Part shown: piece after piece, positions 50,573-62,521 of the stretch
Numbering within the stretch: position 1 is the stretch's first letter
Layout: every line of letters begins with the position of its first letter
Origin: Curvularia clavata
Taxonomy: Eukaryota
Reading direction: 5' to 3'
Assembly (NCBI GenBank): GCA_023920165.1
Contig: CP089281.1
Coordinates: 186,001 to 250,000 of the forward strand
Length of the DNA stretch: 64,000 nucleotides
Position numbers and translations under genes: made by a program
The notes under the pieces: generated by a model
Told to the model about the DNA's origin: nothing
Database searches by the model: none
What the model saw: only the letters and a program-made list of their open reading frames with translations

Positions 50573-50676
50573 AGCCCGACGTGGGGGTCGAACCCACAAC
50601 CTTGAGATAACCAATCGAGTCTGTTTAGGACGTGAAAGCTAAGAGTCTCACGCTCTACCGATTGAGCTAGCCGGGC
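50573..50676 (-). tRNA. tRNA-Lys(CTT) with an intron of about 31 nt
   Basis: GCCCGGCTAGCTCAATCGGTAGAGCGTGAGACT-CTT-A [intron] ATCTCAAGGTTGTGGGTTCGACCCCCACGTCGGGCT. Intact A/B boxes and acceptor stem, followed by a T6 Pol III terminator. Confidence 0.97.
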
Positions 50677-51320
50677 TTGTTGTAATTTGATGGAAAAATC
50701 TCACTTTGGAATCTTTATATCCCATTGCATTTCATTTTCCAAAGCGTTGTTCTAGTCGATGTTTTATTGTACTTTCTTACTTGTGGTGTGGTAGTGAAGA
50801 AAATTTCGTATGGGTGAGTGGGGCCGGGGGCGCGCGGCGGCCGGAAAGTAAAAATTGTGACTACAGTACAAATTGCGAAAAGCTGGCCAATCGTAAGCAT
50901 GGCGAATTTGGAGCGAGTATTTCATTGCCAAGAATATCATATAAAGTCAGGGAATACCTAATCCCTATGCCCGCTTTCGTGCCAACAGAAAATACTGTCG
51001 TGCTGAGAAAAGTCATTGATGTGCTAATAGCAAAAGTTCCACAGCCAAACAAGGCGTTGAAAAAATTTGCTACATAGGCATGCTGTATCATAGTAATTCC
51101 CAATATGCCTCCCCTCAAATTTTTCAGCCTAGAGCGATAGATTTGCGATAGAAAGGCAGTGTTTGGGCAAGACCTGGTAGACACGCACGGGCCAAGTGAT
51201 TTCTTACCAAAAGCGCGCTCCTTTGTAGTGTTCGAGGAACAACCCTCAGCTGGGCTACAGCAGGAATGTGATCGTCTGAGGGTATAATTTGACATACAAT
51301 ACATGGTTCTTGTACAATGT

Positions 51321-52250
51321 TTACATTTTGCCCCCAGTGAGCTCTTCGGCAACCTTCTTGACACGCTCCTTGGCAAGTCCAACACCCTCGCCTCCCTTGA
51401 GCTTCTGAAGCATTTCGCCGACACCTTCGGGCATGGGCCCATTCCATGGACTGAGACCCTCGTTGCCCGCGTGTCTTGGTCCCATGTTGCCCTTAGCGTC
51501 CCAGCCCATGGGCGACTCTTCGGTACCAAAAGCCTTCTCAATGGCCTCGTCTAACTGTTGCTCATCTACGATAAATTCTCGGGCGTTGGTGTATAAGTCG
51601 TGTAGGCGCGATGCACGCATCTGCTCCAATTTGGCCATTCGTTTTTGGTACGCTTTACTGCGAGCCTTGGAGATGTCCTGTCGTGGGGGTAGGCTGTCTG
51701 TGAGGAAATCACGAATGCCCTTGGCCACCGAGGTTTCGGTCAGAATGTCGACCTCACGGCGGGGAGCCATGGCGAGTTCCCGCCTCTCTGCACCAATGGC
51801 CTGAATCTTGGCCAGATACTGTGCCTCTGATGTGACCTTCCTCTCATGCAGCTGCTTGACACCCTCCTTCAAGTTCTCTCTCCGCTTTTCAGCCAGCCGT
51901 TGCTTGTATAGCCGATAGTCAGCATCTCTGCTGTAAGGACCCGGCACTTTCACTTCCTTGGGTTCCCGTGTGGTTTTGCCCAGGAAAATGTCCGATTCCT
52001 TTGGATGCTTATTCCTCGTCTTGAAAATATCACGCGGGATTGGCAAGTGCCCCTTTACTGTGGGCTTGGACGGGTATGTGGGTTGCAATGGCTTGGGAAC
52101 CTCGACATAGTTTGGTGATTGCGGGCCGAGGGCGAGCGAAGATGGTGTTGCGGAGAATGCGCGGACACACACATTGGCACCGAGCCCATTGACGGGCTGA
52201 GCCGGTGAAGACGAGGTCCAGGAACAGCGGACGGGTATCCGAGGGGGCAT
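51321..52250 (-). CDS. Probable mitochondrial small-subunit ribosomal protein (mS26-like)
   Basis: Presequence-like MPPRIPVR..VRAFSAT; motifs GPQSPNYVEVP, VKGHLPIPRDIF, KRRENLKEG, LHDLY..AR.FI..E..LDEAIEKAF and ELTGGKM as recalled for Pezizomycotina mS26. True start is probably 52250. Confidence 0.7.
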   Translation of the reverse strand: MPPRIPVRCSWTSSSPAQPVNGLGANVCVRAFSATPSSLALGPQSPNYVEVPKPLQPTYPSKPTVKGHLPIPRDIFKTRNKHPKESDIFLGKTTREPKEVKVPGPYSRDADYRLYKQRLAEKRRENLKEGVKQLHERKVTSEAQYLAKIQAIGAERRELAMAPRREVDILTETSVAKGIRDFLTDSLPPRQDISKARSKAYQKRMAKLEQMRASRLHDLYTNAREFIVDEQQLDEAIEKAFGTEESPMGWDAKGNMGPRHAGNEGLSPWNGPMPEGVGEMLQKLKGGEGVGLAKERVKKVAEELTGGKM

Positions 52251-52450
52251 GGCGATGTTGTTGGGGGGCCCCGAGCGATGCGGAGGTGCTGCGGTGTTGG
52301 TGGTCGCGCTCTCTTCGAAATTGTCGGTGCCAAGGCGCGTTAGCCCCACCCAGACTAGCTCCCGCCTCTCAAAAAAAGTTGCCGTCCCATGTTCGCGACC
52401 TTCACTCTTCGCTCTTCCACTTCTCGACAACTCACGAGGAAGAAGTCGCC

Positions 52451-54745
52451 ATGGGTGTCCACAAGAAAGAGAAGAGCCGCAGAGAGCGCGAGGGCAAGGC
52501 GCACGATGGCATGGGCAATGTCAAGGTCAAGGGCACAAACTTTTATCGGTATGCATATACCCGCTGCTTCTCTCCGAACCATGGACTCTGAAAAAAACTA
52601 ACAGCTCATAGCGATGCGAAAAAGGTCAAGGTCCTCAAGCGCTTGACTGATGGCAAGGCTGAGCGCAACGCCAAGGGAGACATCACCAAGGCCGCCAGTT
52701 ACCAGAGCCGCGATGCGCCCGTCGCTCGTGTAGAGCCGAATCGGAAATGGTTCAATAACACGCGAGTGATCTCGCAGGATGCCCTCGCAAGCTTCCGGTC
52801 CGCCGTGGAGGCTCAGGCTGCGGACCCTACCACATACCTCATGAAGCGCAACAAGCTCCCTATGAGCTTGATTGAGACTCCAGGCCAGATTCCCGGTCTG
52901 AAGCAGCACGCGGCCAAGATCGCCGTCGATAGCCAACCCTTCTCAGAGACATTTGGCCCTAAGGCGCAGCGAAAGCGACCGAAGCTCGACTTCAGCTCCA
53001 TTGAGGATCTCGCTGGTCGAACCGATAGCATGCACGAAAACTACGTCGAGCGCCTCGAACAAGCCAAGTTGCTGTCTGGTACATCGGGCGAAGAAAAGGA
53101 AGGTTCCAACGACGCACCCAACGGCGAGCTCACGTCGGCTCGAGAATTCATCTTTATGAAAGGAACGTCCAAGCGCATTTGGAACGAGCTTTACAAGGTA
53201 GAATTTTTTCACCCAAAATCGTGTAGACCACTCGTTGACTTTTTTCGTTCCAGGTTATCGATTCCTCTGATGTTATCCTACACGTCCTCGACGCCCGAGA
53301 CCCGGAGGGCACACGGTGTCGTTCGGTGGAAAAGTATATCCGTACAGAGGCGCCTCACAAGCATCTGGTCTTCGTTCTTAACAAAGTTGACTTGGTGCCT
53401 TCCAAAGTAGCTGTAAGTTGTTCCCCCATATGTCATATCCCTTACCCCTTCCACACCCTCCTTAAGTCAAGGACCTTTTCCTTTGCAATGAATATGGTTC
53501 TGTTACAAGTTGGGAAGAGCAAAAGCGGCTCGCCGGCCCAAGATCGTCTTGATTGCGGGTCGATTGGCAGCCGTCTTGGCTGTCGATCAATAGAGTCGCG
53601 CGTGATTTGTTTGAGTTGAGGACCGTCTCTGCACTCGCAGCTTTATGGCGGTACTCTTAGTAATATTTCACACATTCCATCATCAACAAATTCTGATCAT
53701 GTTGGAACGATGGATAAAGCTAACAATCGTTAGGCCGCATGGGTTCGTCATCTTAGCCGAGAATTTCCAACGCTTGGTATGTGTTGTCAATGCTACTTCC
53801 TTGAATTACAAACTAACTAGTTGTGCAGCTTTCCATGCCTCCATCAACAACAGTTTCGGTAAAGGTTCTCTCATTGCCTTGCTCCGGCAGTTCAGCTCTC
53901 TTCACAGTGACCGCAAGCAAATCTCGGTTGGAATGGTTGGCTACCCGAACACCGGAAAGTCATCCATCATCAACACTCTTCGAAAGAAGAAGGTTTGTAA
54001 TGTCGCACCTATTGCTGGTGAGACGAAAGTCTGGCAGTACATCACTTTGATGAAGCGCATCTATATGATTGACTGTCCCGGTATCGTCCCGCCGAATCAG
54101 AGTGATACCGACGAGGATCTTTTGTTGCGTGGCAGTGTCCGTGTGGAGAACGTCGAATACCCTGCACAGTACATTGAGGCCGTGCTGAGGAAGGTTCAAC
54201 CAAAACATCTCCAGAGGACCTATGATATCAAGGACAAAGATTATGAGAATGATGCTGTGCGGTTCTTGGAAGTACTGTGCCGAAAGAGCGGTCGTCTGCT
54301 AAAAGGAGGCGAAGCCGACATCGATGGTGCTGCAAAGATGGTTCTCAATGATTGGATACGAGGAAAGTTGCCCTGGTTCACTCCGCCACCGTTCAAGGAG
54401 GGCGAAGAGAGCGGACCCGTCAATGAGAAGCGCGAAGGCAAACTTGGTGAGATGAGCAAAAAACGGAAGCGTGACGGCGAGAGCCAAGCTACCGGCAGCG
54501 TAGCGGCGACTGCCGATGCAAGTGGTGCAGCTCAAGATCAGATCGATGACGACGACGACGACGACGACGACTTTGGCGGCTTTAGCGAGGATGATAACGA
54601 AGATGACTCGGAGGATGATGACGAAGGCAGTGCAGTTCTTGAGGGAGAGGAAGACTCAAGTGAAGATGATGAAGCTGTTGAGCAAGAGCTTGCTGCCATA
54701 TCACAAGCGTTGTCGAAGGCCAAAAAGCGCCAACGGAAGACATGA
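52451..54745 (+). CDS. NOG2: Nucleolar GTP-binding protein 2 (60S biogenesis GTPase)
   Basis: [58 protein letters not shown]. Introns 52549..52611, 53198..53253, 53413..53733 and 53777..53828. Confidence 0.97.
53450..53677 (+). ncRNA. snR191: Intronic box H/ACA snoRNA, snR191/U19-like (guides pseudouridylation in LSU rRNA helix 69)
   Basis: Pocket AGTCA / GTTAC around stem AGGACC:GGTTCT, with H box AGAGCA (53516) 14 nt after the pocket. Second pocket GAGT / TAGT, with ACA (53672) 14 nt later plus 3 nt. Lies in the long NOG2 intron, as in yeast. 5' end approximate. Confidence 0.88.
54545..54571 (+). repeat. (GAC)n microsatellite encoding poly-Asp in the NOG2 acidic tail
   Basis: GAT followed by eight GAC codons. 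Confidence 0.9.
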
Positions 54746-55801
54746 GGCAAAGGAAAACAAAAATAGTTTACTGATTCAAATGATACCCCTGATATTCTGA
54801 CATATCATCACATTGGTTTATATCACATTGTATGGGATCAAAACATTGCGAATATCCTTCGCTTCTCAACGTCGGGTCTGCATTGTCAGGTGGCTTGAGT
54901 CTTTTACCATCACTCTTCTGTCTCTTGTGCTTGAAAGAAATTCCCAACGCCATTGTGGCCATACCAGCTACAAGGTGAGAAGTATATGAGCCTTCCAAAC
55001 CTCGAGCATGGCAATGCAACTGATTTACTCCTGTAACATTAGAGTAAGCCTAATCTTTAGACAGTGGTCGCTACCGACTGACACAATATATTTCAATAAC
55101 TCAAGACACAATTATATCAATTTTCAGAGTTCAGTCACAAACTTCAAGCTACATGAGTTATTTCCTCTCTATGGTCTCACAGCGAGCCGTGGTGGAATAT
55201 AATTCACCGAAACCCTTGTCCCCGCTTGCTCAAACATGTAGTGATATGGATAAGCTTTCTTTTTTGTTGTATAACAAAGTAGAAGAGAGTACGCATGATA
55301 TGGCTGCCGTGAGGCTGAGCAAGAAGGAACTTTTTGTTCAATAATCATACCTATCAGGAGAAAGGCAAGTTTTATGAGCTTGATATTTACAGGTGATTGA
55401 AGTTCATTCAGAATTCGAAAAAAGGAGTGATTGCATGATACTGCCCAAAGATCTGATAGTAGTGGTGCATAGTAAGACACTTCATCCCGCAAGGCTGAAA
55501 GTCTTCCTGCCACCGATCCTCGATCCTTCTGTTGCTTCAAATACCAATCAGCCCATGCTTTGATATATTAATCAAGCAGCACATCACTATCTTCAAAAAT
55601 ATTCCTTTCCTGCATAAGGCATGCACCAATGCCTTTTTGGTCGACGTGGCGAGCGTCAAGTGGTAAACATTTGCGGGGTACGTTGTTACACATGATGCAG
55701 CTTATTAAGCGCAGATATCCAGCTGCGCCCCTATTTGCGTACAAATTGCTGTCGTCGGGTCATTTATTTTGATTCTCAGTTTCTCAACATTGACTTCAAG
55801 A

Positions 55802-57906
55802 ATGGCTACGAAGGACACGATCATGCACCCAGTCCCTGAGCCAGAGCACCAACCAACAGACCCGTCCGTGGAGTCAGCTGATTGCTCTTCACACGAGACT
55901 GAAAGACCCAAGACCTCGTAAGACACACCATTCGTTTTTTTACAAGATTCTGACATGCAACTAACCTCTGCGGAAGTCCTTACGCAAGTCCCATTGTTGA
56001 GCTTATGGTGGGCCCCGAAAATAAAGCGTACCATGTCCCATACGACCTTTTACCTAACTCCCATTTCACTGCGTTCATCTGCCCAGGTAGTGCAATCTAT
56101 CTACCAGATTTGGACGAAGACACCGGCCATGTGTTGGCCCATTACCTATACACTGGCACGTACCAAACGCTCGATTGCATGGTAACATCTGAAAACGAGG
56201 AGTTACAAATTGAGTTTAAGAGAGCTGTGCTGGCCTATGTTGCAGCGAGATCACTCGGGCTTGATGGTTTAGAGCAGCTTGCAAAAAACAAGGTCGAAGA
56301 TTTTGGCGCCAAGATGAGTATCATTGACATCGTTGAAGCCATTCAGAAAGATTTCTCGAGGATACCGATTGATGCAACCTGGTTTCATGAGTATTTCGAT
56401 CTCAGAGCGGACGAATCATTCGACGTGAAGAAGAGAACTGATGCTGCCTTTGAGCTGAATCGAAGAGAGAACGATACGGTCCAGGACGAGCTAGCGTTAT
56501 TGGCGATGATCAACTTGTTTCACCGTATCGAAAATATTGCTCTGTTCAGAGCACTCGCAAAGCCTTTATTAAGAACATATCACCAATTATACTTGGCACT
56601 CATCGAACATTCTGAGAATATTGGGAAATCGAGAGAAACTACCAGGAGTCAAGTTTCTCATACTGAAGAAACGACAGGGGAAGGATGCGCTGCAGCCGAG
56701 GGATCTCTTATTGAAGCTCATATCGAGACGAAACCCATCGAAGATATACTTACCCCAGAAGGCGTAGTTGAGGAGCGTGATTTTGCAGCGGAACCGGATA
56801 CTCAAGCTGAAGAGCGGAGAGAAAATACCTATGACGAAGGTACTGTTGCGTTGGATATAGACGGCAAAGAGTCAGAACTAACACCACAGATAGAAAACGT
56901 ATCGCTTCCCCACCCAAAGCCCGAGCCAGTGCCTGCGGAACAAAGTACCAACGATCCACGGAGTGATTGGGGACACGGTAATTGGGGACACAGTGATTGG
57001 GGGCGCAGTGATTGGGGGCGCAGTGATTGGGGACGTCTCGCTTCAAAGAAGAAGAAGAGCAAAAAGGCACCAGTTCCCGATGCGGTACCCAGCCCACCTC
57101 ACGAAATCTCGGCTACTGAGCCTCCTTCCCAGCTTGAGCAAACATATGAGGATGTGCAGAAGGAAGAAGCGTTGCAAGATCATGGTTCCCCTACATTTAA
57201 GGATGATGGAAAAGACCCCGAAGACATACCTCCAGTCTCAACCAGCAATGTAGAGGCGGAGCCAGAGAACAAGGAGAGCGTTGGATGGCCCTCAACTTCA
57301 ATCTGGGATGGTTCCAAGAAGAAAAAGAAGAGTAAGAAAATCAGGGCACTGGAACCAGAGCCTGAGCCAGTACAAGAGCCACCCATTGATGATCCTGTGC
57401 CAGTAAAAGAGCTGGGCAATGCGGAGGTAGATGACGAAAAATTGGACAACGGACCTACCCGATATCAAGTTGTGCCGGAAGGCATGGAGAGTGTGCAGAA
57501 CCCTCCGACTACCGAGATCATCGAAGAGACAGTCTCTGTGCCCGTCGAGAAGCCTCAGGTAGATAATCCATGGGGCATTTTACTCCCGATTAAACTGAAA
57601 AAAAGCAAGAAGAAGAAAGGATTACGCGCAGCCCAGAAGGGCGTGGAGAGTGAAAGTGCAAAGCCTATAGAAACAACAGCGAACACTCGCTTGAGCGAGG
57701 AAAGCCAGAGCATGCCAACAAAGTCAGCTGATTTGAATAACGGTAACACCGAAGTATATCCAGAAGGAGAAGTATGCCCTTGGTTCAATGAGCATTCGCA
57801 GCCAGGGGGTCAGTGGGAAACATGCCAAAGATGCAAGAATTACGTGCTCCGAGTTGCTCTCGACCAATTCCACAGGAGCATATCAAATGGGGTCGAGGTA
57901 TCGTGA
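55802..57906 (+). CDS. BTB/POZ-like domain protein with a long acidic disordered tail
   Basis: Exon 1 MATKDT..., intron 55918..55976, then SPYASPIVELMVGP..YHVP..LL, LPDLDEDTGHVLAHYLYTGTY, YVAARSLGLDGLEQLAK. Confidence 0.8.
56962..57036 (+). repeat. 15-bp coding minisatellite, 5 units (SDWGH GNWGH SDWGR SDWGR SDWGR)
   Basis: Consensus AGTGATTGGGGRCRC repeated five times. Confidence 0.92.
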
Positions 57907-58554
57907 TTGAACTATTCGCGGCTAGAAAACAAAGATTGGACACACACCGTGTTTGGAACTACCTTTTTGCATGTTTTTGCGATTCACTTCTAGTTTACAT
58001 CTCTAGTAAAAATTCGAGATGGAAAAAACCACATTTGCTCACATTGATCACTTCATCTACTAACTAATGCATGTTGGATATGAATTGTTTTCAAGTTTGT
58101 AAATTCTTTGCATATTTTGTATGGAGCGGAATTTTCAGTGACGGCAGAGAGAAGCTGCGGAGAATTTTCCCGCAATTGGCGATTACATGGGCTGGAAGGT
58201 AGGATGCGCCAATGCGGTACCTGACGAATACTAATACCAGTAGTCCTGGCTGGGTTTAGGATTTTGACTGATCATGCAATATGGAATATCGTAGCAAAAA
58301 GAATGTATTTGGTCGGAGCGCTACAAACAATTGTACCTACCTTATACAAATAAAACCAGATCAACAATCGGAGAAGAAAAGAACAACGATGAATTAGCTC
58401 ATCTGAGCTTTTTTTTGTTTTTTTTGTTTTTTTTTTTTTGGCAAAATGGGGACAGAGAATAAGGGGCGGTGGAGGAACAGTGCAAAGAATAAAATGCTGA
58501 AGTGAAAGTTGTTGTATCCAGCTCCCTCTATCGAAGCTAGCTGCAGTATGCTTA

Positions 58555-61500
58555 CTAGGCTGCAACCTCAGCTGGTGGACCGTTGCAGTATACAGAATTC
58601 AGTCCAATCATGTTGAGGCAGCTGTGTTTTCTTTCTGTAGGTGTTGGTGCTGGCGGTGAGAGATATCCTCCAGTGCGCTGTGGTTCTTGCGGACGTTGCG
58701 ACTTTGTAGGCTTTGTCGGGGCTTCTGAGGTCCTAGTAGAGGTCTTTGGTTTCTCCTGCTTTGAAGTTGGCTCCGATGGTTTATTTGAGGGAGTAGATGG
58801 CCGTGGAGACGAAGTAGGTTTTGGGCCTCGAGTTTTGGTGGACAAAAAGGAAAAAGAACGCGACGGCAAGGAGGTAGGCAAGTTCGAGGTGGCCGAAGAG
58901 GCCTTGGATAGCATTGAAGAACTGCTAATAGCCGTTGAAAAAGAAGTAGCTGATGCCGAGGAACTAATCATGGAATCAGTAAGCCCTTCTTTGAAAATGA
59001 CTGACCCATTTGAACCTACCTAGCAGAGCTTGCAGAGACAGACGATACAGAGCAAAAGCCACTGCTCTGTGGATTTCCTAGTATGTCTCGTCGTCGGACA
59101 CAGGGAAAAGTATCATGAACTAGATCTCCTCGGGCAAGGTTGTACACGACCTTGATTAATGGATCGGCAGGCGAGCGCGACCACGCGTGCGATTTCACCA
59201 GCCCCTTTGCTCCTTCAAAACCACCGTTCACATCTACATGATCATGGTTCATGCTGGAAAGACCATAGTAGTATGCTATGAGACCAGACTGAGAAATTGG
59301 TTATTATTGGGAACAGTACAACCAGGAGAACAGAAACCCTGAGCTTACCACGATAGCTGCAGCTTGGCTAGTCCCTGATTTGGTTTCAACCTCTGTCGCA
59401 GATTTGGGATGTTGGATATTTTCAGCGGGTGACCATATATGGACGAGTCCGTCGCTATCTGTAGGCATAAGTGAGAATCGACGACCCTCCTCATTCACGC
59501 CACCAACTACTATCATACTGTCTTGGGGTCTAGACAGTATGTGTGGTATATTCTGGTTGACGTCTTCAACGTCAGGTACGTTGCCTGCTGCAACGACGTA
59601 TGGAATCTGTTCCTCTTGACAGAAGTCTATGAGCTTCTGGAATGCTTTTTTAAACTCTTCCATTTTCTCCTTACTTGGGTAAGTAGTCACTCTGACACCT
59701 GCATGACTGTTATTATTGTTTAAGAATGAAGAGGTGGAAACCGAAATTATGTTTTACCTGAAGACATGTTGATTACGGATCTCAGCTCTGGGTCTCCGTT
59801 GCGCCGGGCTCTTTTTCTCTGGAATATATGAGATTTTATGTGTTCAGTAAAATACTGAATTGATTGTACGGTATGGAATGAAGTCGATTTGCCTCCGCCG
59901 GAGTTGTGGTAGTATTCTCCTTTCACTTTGACTAAATGCAAATCGGCTCTAGGTGCTACGCCTGTTATAGCGCCGCCAGCAAGGCTTGCCATACTTAAAA
60001 AATTTATTAGTCAGTGTTCATCTGGTGATTAGCCCAGGGTCAAAATCCTTACATTGTTCCATGATCAGGATTATTACGGCCTCGGATGTCTTCGGGCACG
60101 CCGCGATTACGTACTTCACGCAACAAGGTGTACTCGTTTGGAACAATATGAGTACTTATAGTCCTTCCGTTTGTCAAAAAATCCTGCTATCATTAATCTA
60201 GTGCCAGAATAGGTACTGCACAGACTTACTGGAAGCGAAATATCAAAACCATCGTCAAGGATGTAAATAGTCGTTCCAGATCCTCCAGTATCATCAGCCT
60301 GGTACCCTGGATATAAAGATGGTGCGATAGGAGCTTCATTCGACTTGGGAGGAGGCGCAGAGAGCATCTTCTTCCACCATGGAGCACTCGAATCGGGTGA
60401 CCCCATAGTACGGGAAACAAGACTCGTACCGCTATTTGCATCTTTGGTAAAGGAATGATCAGAAGACAGCGAGCTCACTGCTTTTTGTAAATCCGTTTCA
60501 TGTTGCCTTTGTGTACCAACAGCTCGGAAATGCTCCACGATGCCATCCAAGTCATCCAAGTCACCCAACTCTGGATCAGCTTCATTCAAAAAAACAGTTT
60601 CGACGAAGTCGTGCGATTGCTTCATCTCTTCTGCTTGTGTCGAATTCATCATGGCAAGGCACATGTATGCGCCAATATTATCCCATCTTATTACCGATTT
60701 TGGGACAACATCAATGTTTTTGATAAGGTTCTCGAAGTTGGGCCAATCTGTGCCCTCTTTGCTGCTTATGAAGTATTCGTGCATGGTCTCAGCGGTTGGT
60801 GTTGGTGTACCACTGCTCGATGAAGAGGTTTGGCTAGAAGTCATCGTGCTTTCGCTCTGAGTCGTCGATTGTGGTTTTGTAGAAGACTTTAAGCTTGTTT
60901 TGCTTTGCGAGACAGAAGAGCTCTGTGAAATTGTGACTGAATCGGTGTTGGTTGGCCGAGTCGTTCCGCTTGGTGTTAGAGTTGGGCTTGGATTTGGTAA
61001 TTTAGCCTCCTCCCAAGGAAATTTTTGGAACGTTTCCAAGGCCTGCTTGTATTGATCCAGTTGGCCGCCTTTCTTTGCAAAGTCACCAACCCTCTCCCGC
61101 AATTTTGACTGCACATCAGCTGGCAGGTTCGGAAAGTCTTGGACAAGGTTTTCTGTGGATTTCATCCAGTTCAAAGCTTGTCGACCAAGAGAGTGGGCGC
61201 CGGTCAGAGTGTCCAATGCACTCTTCGAAAGTTGACTCCCACTAAATGACTTCTGGATGCCGTTGAATGATGCCACAAGACTGCTCGTGCCCCCAATAGC
61301 TCCGGTGAGAGAGCCTGCGAAACCGGTGGTTGCACCAGCAGCCCCTCCCGCAAACGCCATTGCAGTTGTACTGACAGTACCAACATCGTTAATTGCTCCT
61401 CCGAGAGCTGATTTGGCTCCACTAGCGATGCTTCCCAAAGCTCCAAAGAGGCCACCGCCGCCATGATGCCCATCGTTGTCATTATCGTCATCGGAGCTAT

Positions 61501-62521
61501 GGGGAATACTGGCCTCCGCAGGCTTCGCAGTAATGCCGCCTGGCAGCTCTGTTGCACTGTTTATATCCGATGGAACAGTTATGGTTTTACCCTCTAAAAT
61601 GATTCGGCTTGCAAAAAGCTGTGCAACGGAACCGTTGGTCAACATGATCTCCATCGGGCGTTCACTAGACGAAGGGAGCTGATAAGCGACGTTGCTGAGC
61701 ATGACTTCAACACCAGATCCCGCTGGGATCGCTGCTGAAGCCACTGGTGTTTGCGATGATTGGGGCGAAGACATTGTATCGTGCTCCTCGGCTTGTGTGG
61801 TTGTGACAATAGTGACAGTACTGGGTACGCCGTTTGGTGCACTTAACGTAGCGGTAACAGTGACTGGAGAATTAGTGCGCAAATCTGACTCATGCACCGA
61901 GGAAACCGAGGGAAGTGCAGTCTCGTTTGCGATTGGAGAGAATGATGCAGAGAGTAGAGAGGAATTTGGTATCGCCAAGCTATTTGGGGCCTGAGAGTTC
62001 TCGGAGCTTGCTGGAATACTTGGGGACGATGCCTGAGGCGTTGAGCTTGAAGCAGATGTGCTGTCACTGGTAGTCGGGATATATGAAGGTCGATTTCCCA
62101 CAGTCGAATTGTGATTGAACGCGGACGTAGCCGAAATAATGTTCTCGGGTGATGACAACTGGCTAACAAAGCTTGATTTTCCGACTGACGTTGCAATGGA
62201 TGAAGAATTCCAGGATGCTGTATGAAAAGGCGCTCCGCTTAGAGATTCGTAGGTGCTGGAAGAGGAGGTAATCAGAGTAACTAACACCGGAGCTGTCGTT
62301 GGCATTCCAGATGAAGCTATACCAGTAACCAAAGAAGGCTCAACAGTCGAGGGAAGGTCCCGTGGGACAAATATATCCTCGTCTCGACAAGTGTTAGCGG
62401 ATTTGCTAGGATATGATTGCTATGATTGAGGAGACTCACAGCGCTCAGGTAGACTGTATGGCAAAGAGGCATCAACGCTAAACAAAGTCAGCGCTAGAGA
62501 AAATACAAGGAGTAGTTCCAT
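58555..62521 (-). CDS. Large secreted subtilisin-like (S8) protease with Ser/Thr-rich extensions
   Basis: Signal MELLLVFSLALTLFSVDA. Triad YILDDGF / DHGTIMASLAGG (spliced) / SGTSQAAAIV, oxyanion VAAGN, VINMS. About 6 introns, and an I9-like prodomain precedes the catalytic domain. Confidence 0.87.

Noticed and set aside
52251..52430. 61-aa N-terminal extension of the mS26-like ORF
   Set aside because: It starts at a non-ATG codon, spans the shared promoter and would mask the mitochondrial presequence.
58405..58440. Long T-rich tract
   Set aside because: Simple low-complexity sequence between convergent gene ends.
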